In this document: positions 9,868-17,624 of the stretch, piece by piece
How positions within the stretch are numbered: position 1 is the stretch's first letter
Layout: the number at the start of each line of letters is the position of its first letter
Assembly: GCA_036960775.1 (NCBI GenBank)
Contig: JBALWO010000001.1
Location: forward strand, 162,334 to 226,333
Length of the DNA: 64,000 bases
Source of the DNA: Pseudomonas marincola
GTDB lineage: Bacteria > Pseudomonadota > Alphaproteobacteria > Sneathiellales > Sneathiellaceae
Reading direction: 5' to 3'
Notes under the pieces: generated by a model
Database searches by the model: none
What the model was told of the DNA's origin: nothing
What the model saw: only the letters and a program-made list of their open reading frames with translations
Program-made: the position numbers and the translations under genes

Positions 9868-11270
9868 TGTCCACAGTTGCAGAAGTTACAGAAACACGTC
9901 CTCATCAATCAGAAGGGGACGTGAATTTCTCCGCACGGCGAAAAGAATGGGCTGCCCGCAATATTGACGCGGCAACAGCCACTCTTCTCAAGCGAGATTC
10001 AGATGCCTTTTTGCATCAATCGGTTTCCAGCCCGTGCCTTAACAGCATCAAATCCGCTGAAGGCGCCTATATTATCGATGGGCAGGGACGCCGTCTTTTG
10101 GATTTCCACGGTAACAATGTTCATCACATTGGATATGGTCATCCAAGACTAAAAGCAGCGATTACGAAACAAATGGACGATCTGTCTTTTGCTCCGCGCC
10201 GTTTCACCTGCGACCCTGCAGTTGAACTTGCTGAAAAGTTGGCAGAAATATCACCGGGGGATTTGTCAAAAGTCCTTTTTGCCACGGGTGGATCAGATGC
10301 CATTGAGATGGCATTGAAAGTAGCGCGCGCAAAAACAGGCCGGTTTAAAACGATCTCTTTCTGGGATGCGTTTCACGGAGCAGGATTTGGTGCCTCCAGT
10401 ATTGGAGGAGAACAATTATTCCGCGGCCAAGCAATTGGCCCGCTTCTTCCAGGAACAGAGCATGTGGCGCCTTATGCTTGCTACCGATGCCCCTACGGAT
10501 ATGAAGTCGATGCAAATGGACAGCCAAATCAGCAAATGTGTAAAACCACTTGCGCTAACATGATCCGTTATGTTCTTGAAAAAGAAGGTAACGTTGCCGC
10601 TGTGATTGCGGAACCTGCTCGCGCAGTTCCTTATACGCCGCCTCCTGGGTTTTGGAAGATGGTACGCGAAGCATGTAATGAGGCTGGGGCTTTGTTGATT
10701 TTTGACGAGATCCCAACGGGTCTTGGAAAAACAGGCCGCCTTTTTGCCTGTGATCATGATGATGTTGTTCCAGATATATTGGTAATGGGTAAGGCTCTTG
10801 GCGGCGGAATATTACCAATCGCTGCAACGCTTTGCCGTCCAGAACTTGATGTTCTGGGAGATTATGCAATTGGTCATTATACCCATGAGAAAAATCCGGT
10901 GACTACGCGGGCCGCTCTGACAACCATTGAAATCATCGAAGATGAAGGTCTTGTTGAGAATGCTGATAAAATCGGATCATATGCGCTAGAACGTATGCAT
11001 GACATGAAAGATAAGTATTCATTGATCGGTGATGTGCGTGGGCGCGGTTTCCTTCTTGGGCTGGAGCTCGTGACGGATCGTGAGACAAAAGAGCCTGCAA
11101 AAGATCAGGCTGAAGAAATTCTCTATAGGGCTTTTGATGCAGGTTTGAGCTTCAAAACAACCATGGGCAATGTTCTGACTTTGACCCCACCGCTGATCAC
11201 CACAAGAGAGCAGATGGACTTTGCTCTTGATATCCTTGATGACGCTATCGGTGATCTCTCCGCGCGTTAA
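9867..11270 (+). CDS. pbfA: Class-III PLP enzyme, probable (R)-1-hydroxy-2-aminoethylphosphonate ammonia-lyase
   Basis: 'SEGDVN', 'FLHQSVSSPCL', 'DFHGNNVHHIGYGHP', 'FDEIPTGLGKTG', PLP lysine in 'MGKALGGG'. TAATG overlap with the permease; upstream of phnW. Confidence 0.85.
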   Translation: MSTVAEVTETRPHQSEGDVNFSARRKEWAARNIDAATATLLKRDSDAFLHQSVSSPCLNSIKSAEGAYIIDGQGRRLLDFHGNNVHHIGYGHPRLKAAITKQMDDLSFAPRRFTCDPAVELAEKLAEISPGDLSKVLFATGGSDAIEMALKVARAKTGRFKTISFWDAFHGAGFGASSIGGEQLFRGQAIGPLLPGTEHVAPYACYRCPYGYEVDANGQPNQQMCKTTCANMIRYVLEKEGNVAAVIAEPARAVPYTPPPGFWKMVREACNEAGALLIFDEIPTGLGKTGRLFACDHDDVVPDILVMGKALGGGILPIAATLCRPELDVLGDYAIGHYTHEKNPVTTRAALTTIEIIEDEGLVENADKIGSYALERMHDMKDKYSLIGDVRGRGFLLGLELVTDRETKEPAKDQAEEILYRAFDAGLSFKTTMGNVLTLTPPLITTREQMDFALDILDDAIGDLSAR

Positions 11271-11287
11271 TTTTACATATAAGTTTA

Positions 11288-11302
11288 ATCGATATATTTG
11301 AT
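11288..11302. promoter_or_regulatory. LysR-type box ATC-N9-GAT, copy 2, upstream of phnW
   Basis: ATCGATATATTTGAT inside the inverted repeat TTTAATC-N9-GATTAAA (11284-11306). Confidence 0.7.
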
Positions 11303-11315
11303 TAAAAATAGCAAT

Positions 11316-11344
11316 TTGACTTATCCTTGGCGGAAGCGCCATAT
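11316..11344 (+). promoter_or_regulatory. Putative sigma70 promoter of phnW
   Basis: TTGACT-N17-CCATAT, 13 bp downstream of the LysR box. Confidence 0.5.
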
Positions 11345-11386
11345 GGGGCATCAAAGCCATTTGCCCTTTGAAAAAGGAGAGGGATA

Positions 11387-12571
11387 GTGACCAAGCATTC
11401 AGTTACAAATATGGAATATTCAACAAGTGAGGGAGTATTCCAAATCGGCTCAGAGCCATATCTTTTGACGCCAGGTCCATTGACAACGGCGCCGTCAACC
11501 AAGGCGGCCATGTTGAAGGATTGGGGCTCCTGGGATGATGAATTTAAGGCTGTGACAGCGGAAATTCGGAGCCGCCTTATTGCCATGTGTAACGGCGGTG
11601 ATGATTATGACTGTGTGCCCATGCAGGGCAGCGGTACATTCTCTGTTGAAGCTGCATTGGCATCCTTTATTCCAAAAGATGGGAAAGCGCTTATTTTGAT
11701 GAACGGTGCTTATGGCGCTCGTTCAGCAAAAACGCTTGATTATATTGGCCGGGACTATGTGACCTTGGACAAGGGCGATTATCTACCGCCTATGCCTGAA
11801 GAAGTTGATGCAATTCTGTCTGAAAACCCTGATGTGACCCATGTGGTTGTTGTGCATTGCGAGACAAGTTCAGGTATTTTGAACCCGCTTCAAGGCATTT
11901 CTGATGTCGTACATGGGCGGGGATTGAAACTAATCGTCGACAGCATGAGTGCTTTCGGTGCGGTTCCTGTTGATGTAAATGACATCCCTTTCGAAGCGCT
12001 CGTCTCATCTGCTAATAAATGTATCGAAGGTGTACCGGGATTCGGTTTCATTCTTGCAAAGAAAACAGCTCTTGAAGCCGCGAAAGGAAACAGTCATTCC
12101 TTAAGCCTAGATCTTCATGATCAGTGGGCAAATATGAATAAAACCGGTCAGTGGCGTTTTACGCCTCCAACTCATACGGTCGTTGCGTTCCTAGAAGCGT
12201 TGCGCTTGCATGAAGCTGAAGGCGGTGTTCAAGGCCGCCTTGGCCGATATACTGAAAATCGAGACATATTAGTTTCAGGAATGCGGGGTCTTGGGTTCGA
12301 AACCCTCTTGGAAGATGAGTGGTTATCCCCTATTATCACCACCTTCTTTAGTCCAAACGATCCCAAGTTTGATTTTACTCTATTCTATAATGAAATTAAA
12401 TCTCGCGGATTTATCATCTATCCCGGAAAACTGACAGTTGCAGATAGTTTCCGTGTTGGATGTATTGGCGCATTAGATGCGACTGTAATGCGCGGTGTTG
12501 TTAAAGCCGTCAAAGATAGTTGTGAACATATGGGGGTGGTTAATTTTGGACCACCTGACGGAGTGAAATAA
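11387..12571 (+). CDS. phnW: 2-aminoethylphosphonate:pyruvate transaminase
   Basis: 'LLTPGPLTT', '[11 protein letters not shown]', '[12 protein letters not shown]', 'DSMSAFG', '[12 protein letters not shown]', 'QWRFTPPTH', 'IYPGK'; GTG start after AGGAGAGG. Confidence 0.95.
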   Translation: MTKHSVTNMEYSTSEGVFQIGSEPYLLTPGPLTTAPSTKAAMLKDWGSWDDEFKAVTAEIRSRLIAMCNGGDDYDCVPMQGSGTFSVEAALASFIPKDGKALILMNGAYGARSAKTLDYIGRDYVTLDKGDYLPPMPEEVDAILSENPDVTHVVVVHCETSSGILNPLQGISDVVHGRGLKLIVDSMSAFGAVPVDVNDIPFEALVSSANKCIEGVPGFGFILAKKTALEAAKGNSHSLSLDLHDQWANMNKTGQWRFTPPTHTVVAFLEALRLHEAEGGVQGRLGRYTENRDILVSGMRGLGFETLLEDEWLSPIITTFFSPNDPKFDFTLFYNEIKSRGFIIYPGKLTVADSFRVGCIGALDATVMRGVVKAVKDSCEHMGVVNFGPPDGVK

Positions 12572-12578
12572 GAAAACA

Positions 12579-14273
12579 GTGGATGCGACATCAGTACTGA
12601 TCAGTTTGCTAGGAGGTGTTTCCCTTCTGCTTTGGGGCCTTAGAATGGTCAATACAGGCGTCACGCGCGCCTATGGCCGTGAACTTGGAAGGATCCTGAA
12701 TTTCAGTTTGAAAAACAGGGTAAATTCATTCTTCGGCGGTCTTGGTGTCACCATGTTGTTGCAAAGTAGTACCGCAACGGCGCTCCTAACAGCATCATTT
12801 GCAGGCAGAGGTCTTGTTACAGCCTCTGCCGGTATTGCCGTGATGCTGGGAGCCGATGTCGGCACTACACTGGTTGCGCAGGTCCTGAGTTTTGATTTAT
12901 CTTGGCTTGCGCCTGTAATGCTGTTCGTCGGCTTTGTTCGTCACTCCACCGCAAAATCCACACGCGCTAAAAACCTTGGAAGAATTTTCTTAGGTCTTGG
13001 CATGATGCTGACAGCGCTTAAGTTGCTGGTACTGGCATCGGGCCCTATTCGGGATTCTGAGGTCGCACAATTCGTGTTTAGCTCCCTGTCAGGAGAGCCA
13101 GTTCTCACCATTATTATTGGCGCCTTGATCACTTTCGTGGCCCATTCAAGTCTTGCAACAGTGCTTTTCATCCTGACTTTGGTTGCAACCGGCGGAGTGC
13201 CAATGGACGTAGCGTTGGCTATGATATTGGGCGCAAATTTGGGCGGATCAATACCACCAGTTCTTGCGACAATGAACGCAGACGCTCCCTCAAGGCGGCC
13301 ACCGCTCGGTAATTTTATATGTCGATTGATTGCTGTTTTTGCCGTCCTGCCGTTCCTTGATCTGCTGGAGCCTGAGCTGATGAAATTTGCAGCAGACCCC
13401 GCGCGCCAAGTTGTGAATTTCCACACAGCTTTTAATCTGGGTCTTGCAGCTATATTTATATTCTTCACGGGTCCTCTTGGGCGTTTAACGGAAAAACTAA
13501 TCCCTGAGAAAGTTGACAATGATAGCGCCGCGCCGCGCCCAATTCATCTGGACCGCGCAGCCCTTGAAAGCCCGCAGCTTGCCATGGCAAACGCCGTGCG
13601 TGATACATTACGCATGGGGGATGTTGCCGAAAAAATGTTCCGTGATTTTCAAGACGCGTTTGATAAGAACGATAGTAAACTTCTTCAAAAGGTGCGGGAT
13701 GCTGACGATGGCATTAAAGAGTTTAACGCAGGTGTTAAAAGCTATTTGACGGAACTAGGCCGTGAAATGCTGGAAGAGCAAGACGAAAAACGCTGCACCG
13801 AGATTATGACATTTACGACAAATATGGAAAATGTCGGAAATATTGTCGTTCTAAATATGGGCGAACTGCTGGAGCGGAGCACAAATCATCAAGTGGCTTT
13901 TTCCAAACAAGACACCGAAGATCACAGCAAACTGTTCGATATGGTTCTCGCCAATCTGAAGCTATCCTTTAGTGTTTTCCTTACCAGAGAAGCAGCTGCC
14001 GCGAGAAGCTTAATCGCTCAAAAGCAAATACTTCGGGATAAAGAGCAACTCGCCGTGAACTCTCATTTAGAGAGATTGCGCGCTGACGGGAATATGGATG
14101 AGGTTTCCAGCGCTATGCATCTGGGATTGTTGAGTGATCTACGCAGGATCAATTCGATGATTACTTCTGTTGCTTACCCAATTGTTGCTGAGCAAGAAAA
14201 CAAGGCAAAAAAATCAAAGAAAAATGAGAAAACCAAATCTGACGACGGCTTAGACCCCGCAGCTAATCTCTGA
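12579..14273 (+). CDS. Na+/Pi cotransporter family protein with PhoU-like C-terminal domains (YjbB/NptA type)
   Basis: Repeated 'LQSSTAT' and 'AHSSLAT' motifs, 'LGADVGTT', 'GANLGGS'; helical cytoplasmic C-terminus. Confidence 0.9.
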   Translation: MDATSVLISLLGGVSLLLWGLRMVNTGVTRAYGRELGRILNFSLKNRVNSFFGGLGVTMLLQSSTATALLTASFAGRGLVTASAGIAVMLGADVGTTLVAQVLSFDLSWLAPVMLFVGFVRHSTAKSTRAKNLGRIFLGLGMMLTALKLLVLASGPIRDSEVAQFVFSSLSGEPVLTIIIGALITFVAHSSLATVLFILTLVATGGVPMDVALAMILGANLGGSIPPVLATMNADAPSRRPPLGNFICRLIAVFAVLPFLDLLEPELMKFAADPARQVVNFHTAFNLGLAAIFIFFTGPLGRLTEKLIPEKVDNDSAAPRPIHLDRAALESPQLAMANAVRDTLRMGDVAEKMFRDFQDAFDKNDSKLLQKVRDADDGIKEFNAGVKSYLTELGREMLEEQDEKRCTEIMTFTTNMENVGNIVVLNMGELLERSTNHQVAFSKQDTEDHSKLFDMVLANLKLSFSVFLTREAAAARSLIAQKQILRDKEQLAVNSHLERLRADGNMDEVSSAMHLGLLSDLRRINSMITSVAYPIVAEQENKAKKSKKNEKTKSDDGLDPAANL

Positions 14274-14282
14274 GTTACTTCA

Positions 14283-15152
14283 ATGAACCTATTTGATTTT
14301 GAGTTTCGTCAACTGGACGCTGATGATGCCGATGCTTTCTTCGGTATTGTTAGTGATGCTGATTGGGATTTTACTAAGCAAACCTGCCACTGCCTTTTGG
14401 CTTCAGGGACAGTTTTTGCAGCTTTTGATAGCGACGGACGAATGGCAGCTACGGTTGCTATTAATACTTACGACAAGTCAATTGCCTTTATAGGTGCAGT
14501 CATTACTCGAAAATTATCTCGGGGACGCGGACTAGCAACTCGCCTATTAGACCTAGCAGAAAATCATGCTAATCAGGCCAATGTTCCTACGGCCCTAATC
14601 TCAACACCAATGGGATTGCCAGTGTATGAAGGTCGAGGGTACGAAACGCAATCGAGCTGCGTTAAATTTCTTCGAAAACATGACCCCGCAGTGACTTTAC
14701 CTGTGCCATCTTCAGGCTACCAGACGCAACCTCTGTCTACTGCGACCCTGCCTGAAATACTGCAATTGGATGAAGAACTGATAGGTGTTGATCGATCGCG
14801 GGTTTTAAACGCAATGATGAATGCGGGCTCCACAGGTGTTGTCTTATATGATGCTGAAATTCGAAAAGCAGTTGGCTATGCATGTGTGAGCGCTCGTGCA
14901 TCTATGAAAATTATCGGCCCTGTAATTGCTGAAAATGAACAAATAGCAACAGCTTTATGTGCGGATATATGTTCCAAAAACCAAGACGATATTCGGATCG
15001 ATTGCTTGTCGCATCAAACAGGTTTTATTGAACTCCTTGAAAATATAGGCTTCAAAAAAGAGGGTGAAGCGCCGCTAATGACCAAGGGTGGTCAGTCAGG
15101 TCTATTCGTAAACCCGAGCGCTTATGGGATCATCTCGCAAGCATTCGGATGA
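14283..15152 (+). CDS. Two-domain GNAT acetyltransferase
   Basis: Acetyl-CoA motif 'RGRGLATRLL', 'GLPVYEGRGY'; second domain 'IIGPVIAENEQIA'; ends 'SQAFG'. Confidence 0.8.
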   Translation: MNLFDFEFRQLDADDADAFFGIVSDADWDFTKQTCHCLLASGTVFAAFDSDGRMAATVAINTYDKSIAFIGAVITRKLSRGRGLATRLLDLAENHANQANVPTALISTPMGLPVYEGRGYETQSSCVKFLRKHDPAVTLPVPSSGYQTQPLSTATLPEILQLDEELIGVDRSRVLNAMMNAGSTGVVLYDAEIRKAVGYACVSARASMKIIGPVIAENEQIATALCADICSKNQDDIRIDCLSHQTGFIELLENIGFKKEGEAPLMTKGGQSGLFVNPSAYGIISQAFG

Positions 15153-15160
15153 GCTTCTAG

Positions 15161-15904
15161 TTAGAGAAGAGGGAGCATTCTATCAGGGTAATCGGTGATG
15201 ATGGCGTCAATGTTCCAATCAAGAAGTTGCTTGGCATGCGCGGGATCATTGACCGTGAAAGCAAGAAAGCGATAACCCGCGTCCTGAACAGCTTTAATCG
15301 CATCCTCAGTTACAAAATTTGCATCGCAATGCAAGCTATCCACCCGGGCTTCTGCAAGACGTCGCTCCCACTCGTAGGGAATTGCATCAGATAGATATCC
15401 ACGCGGAAGGTGGGGAACAATTTCGCCGGTAGTTACCAGTGCTTCTATGTTGAATGATGATAATAAAACAGGCAAGTCTGACGGTAAGTTTGCCTTCAAT
15501 TCTTGTCCTACAATTTTTGCGGTTGGAACCTCCCAGCCGTCAGTTGGTTTGATCTCCAAATTTAAGGACATATTCAATTTTGTCAGGAGATCAGTTGTTT
15601 CTTGCAACGTCGGTATTTGTTGGCCCTCAAACGCGCCCGAAAACCACTTCCCGGCATCGAGGAATTTAATTTCTTCCAGTGTTTTCAAGAGAACAGGGCC
15701 CGTGCCGTCGGTACACCGGTTAACATTCGTATCATGGCAAATGACGCACTGATCATCGGATGTAATCATTACGTCAATTTCGATAGATTGAGTGCCGACT
15801 TCTGCAGCCTTTTTGAAGGATGCAATTGTATTTTCGGGAGCAAGGCCAGAGGCACCGCGATGTCCGATGACCCGCGGCATGGTTTCGAAAAATGTGGCTC
15901 TCAT
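15161..15904 (-). CDS. ugpQ: Glycerophosphodiester phosphodiesterase
   Basis: 'IGHRGASGLAPENT', 'EIDV', 'CHD', 'NLEIK', 'ITDYP'. Confidence 0.92.
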   Translation of the reverse strand: MRATFFETMPRVIGHRGASGLAPENTIASFKKAAEVGTQSIEIDVMITSDDQCVICHDTNVNRCTDGTGPVLLKTLEEIKFLDAGKWFSGAFEGQQIPTLQETTDLLTKLNMSLNLEIKPTDGWEVPTAKIVGQELKANLPSDLPVLLSSFNIEALVTTGEIVPHLPRGYLSDAIPYEWERRLAEARVDSLHCDANFVTEDAIKAVQDAGYRFLAFTVNDPAHAKQLLDWNIDAIITDYPDRMLPLL

Positions 15905-15931
15905 CTTAACTCCTGGGTATTTTCTTTTTAT

Positions 15932-16630
15932 TTAGAAAAGTGAACCTTGATGATCTGGAATAACCCAATTTATGGGGGTTTGACCAGTGTTAATTAAGTA
16001 GTCGTTTGCTGCAGAGAAATGTCCATTTCCAATAAAGCCTCGATGGGCAGATAAGGGGGAGGGATGAACACTGCTAAGGACTAGGTTTTCTTCAGAGTTG
16101 AGACGATCAGTTTTTTTAATGGCATGGCTTCCCCACAATAAATAGACAATATTTTTCCGATGTTCACTAAGTGCGTTTATTGCCGCATCGGTGAAGTGTT
16201 CCCATCCCATTTTTTGATGAGACGCGGCCTTTCCATGTTCCACGGTAAGAACTGTGTTTAGCAGTAAAACACCTTGATTAGCCCAATGCTCTAAACAGCC
16301 ATGTGGGGGAGATGGAATCTCAAGGTCGCGTTGAATTTCCTTATAAATATTTCGAAGCGACGGGGGAATGCGAACATCGTTTTTCACGGAAAAACTCAAG
16401 CCATGGGCCTGGCCAGGGCCGTGATAAGGATCTTGGCCGAGGATGACTACTTTGACCTTATCAAAAGGCGTGTGATCAAAAGCCGCAAATATCTGGTTTT
16501 GTTCCGGGTAAATGATTTTACCTTGAGCAATCTCTGACGCCAAAAAATCAGTAAGGCTGTGCATATAATCTTGATCAAACTCGTCTTCTATTTGGGTGCG
16601 CCAGCTTGCTTCCAATTGTTGTTTATTCAT
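15932..16630 (-). CDS. ung: Uracil-DNA glycosylase, family 1
   Basis: 'GQDPYHG', 'PPSLRNI', 'LLLNTVLTV', 'HPSPLS'. Confidence 0.97.
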   Translation of the reverse strand: MNKQQLEASWRTQIEDEFDQDYMHSLTDFLASEIAQGKIIYPEQNQIFAAFDHTPFDKVKVVILGQDPYHGPGQAHGLSFSVKNDVRIPPSLRNIYKEIQRDLEIPSPPHGCLEHWANQGVLLLNTVLTVEHGKAASHQKMGWEHFTDAAINALSEHRKNIVYLLWGSHAIKKTDRLNSEENLVLSSVHPSPLSAHRGFIGNGHFSAANDYLINTGQTPINWVIPDHQGSLF

Positions 16631-16752
16631 GGGGGTGCCTGCGATATTATAAAAGACCTTTGGTTGATTTTATTGAGTGTAACAGTAGATTTGAAGTATA
16701 AAATTACAATCGTTCAATAAAAGGTTGGTGACGATTTGGTATTGGGCTAGTG

Positions 16753-16768
16753 TTTGTATGCATACAAA
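16753..16768. promoter_or_regulatory. Perfect 16-bp palindrome, candidate operator of the Mo-hydroxylase operon
   Basis: TTTGTATGCATACAAA ending 15 bp before the ATG at 16784. Confidence 0.7.
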
Positions 16769-16783
16769 TGAAAGCGATGACAT

Positions 16784-17623
16784 ATGGGAGAATATGTTCG
16801 GCCGTCGGAACTGAATGAACTTTTTGCAGTCTTGCCGCAAAAAGACTGGAAGATTTTGGCCGGTGGCACAGATTTTTACCCTGCAAAAGTGGGGCAACCG
16901 CTTAATGATGATATTTTGGATATCACAAATATAAGTGTGCTCAACGAAATAACGGAAACTGAGCATTACTGGCATATAGGAGCAGTTGCGACTTGGAGTG
17001 ATATTGCCGCAGCGGAACTTCCCCCGTTGTTCGATGGATTAAAGTCTGCTGCCAAAGAAATCGGCGGTCGGCAAATTCAAAATGCGGGAACCCTTGGCGG
17101 TAATATCTGTAATGCTTCACCTGCCGCGGATGGTGTCCCGGTTTTATTAAGTCTCGATGCTGCTGTTGTTGTCTCGGACGGCCGTGAGGCTACTCAAGTC
17201 CCGCTGCAGGATTTTGTAACTGGGAACCGTGAAATCCAGCTGGAACGCGGTCAAATCATTACTGAAATTGTCATCCCTAAAGTCACAACTCCTCATTCTT
17301 CAGGTAAGTTCTTAAAACTTGGGTCGCGAGAATATCTTGTCATCTCCTTGGTTATGGCCGCAGCTGTGTTCGGGTGGAATTCGGCCGGTATTATAAGCCA
17401 TTGCCGGATATCAGTTGGTGCCTGCTCAAAAGTTGCTGCACGTCTGAAACGTTTAGAGGCTCTCATTATTGGCCGCGAGATTACGTCAGATTTTTCGGAT
17501 CTGTTGTCGGATGAACTTTTTTCAGAACTGACCCCCATTGATGATGTGCGAGCGAGCGGCGAATATCGCAAAGAAGCTGCAAAAGAAATTGTCTCTGATC
17601 TTTTGAAATGTTGGAGCCAATAG
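16784..17623 (+). CDS. Molybdenum hydroxylase FAD-binding subunit (NdhF/CoxM-like)
   Basis: 'LAGGTD', 'QIQNAGTLGGNICNASPAAD', 'DDVRASGEYR'. Confidence 0.92.
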   Translation: MGEYVRPSELNELFAVLPQKDWKILAGGTDFYPAKVGQPLNDDILDITNISVLNEITETEHYWHIGAVATWSDIAAAELPPLFDGLKSAAKEIGGRQIQNAGTLGGNICNASPAADGVPVLLSLDAAVVVSDGREATQVPLQDFVTGNREIQLERGQIITEIVIPKVTTPHSSGKFLKLGSREYLVISLVMAAAVFGWNSAGIISHCRISVGACSKVAARLKRLEALIIGREITSDFSDLLSDELFSELTPIDDVRASGEYRKEAAKEIVSDLLKCWSQ

Positions 17624-17624
17624 G

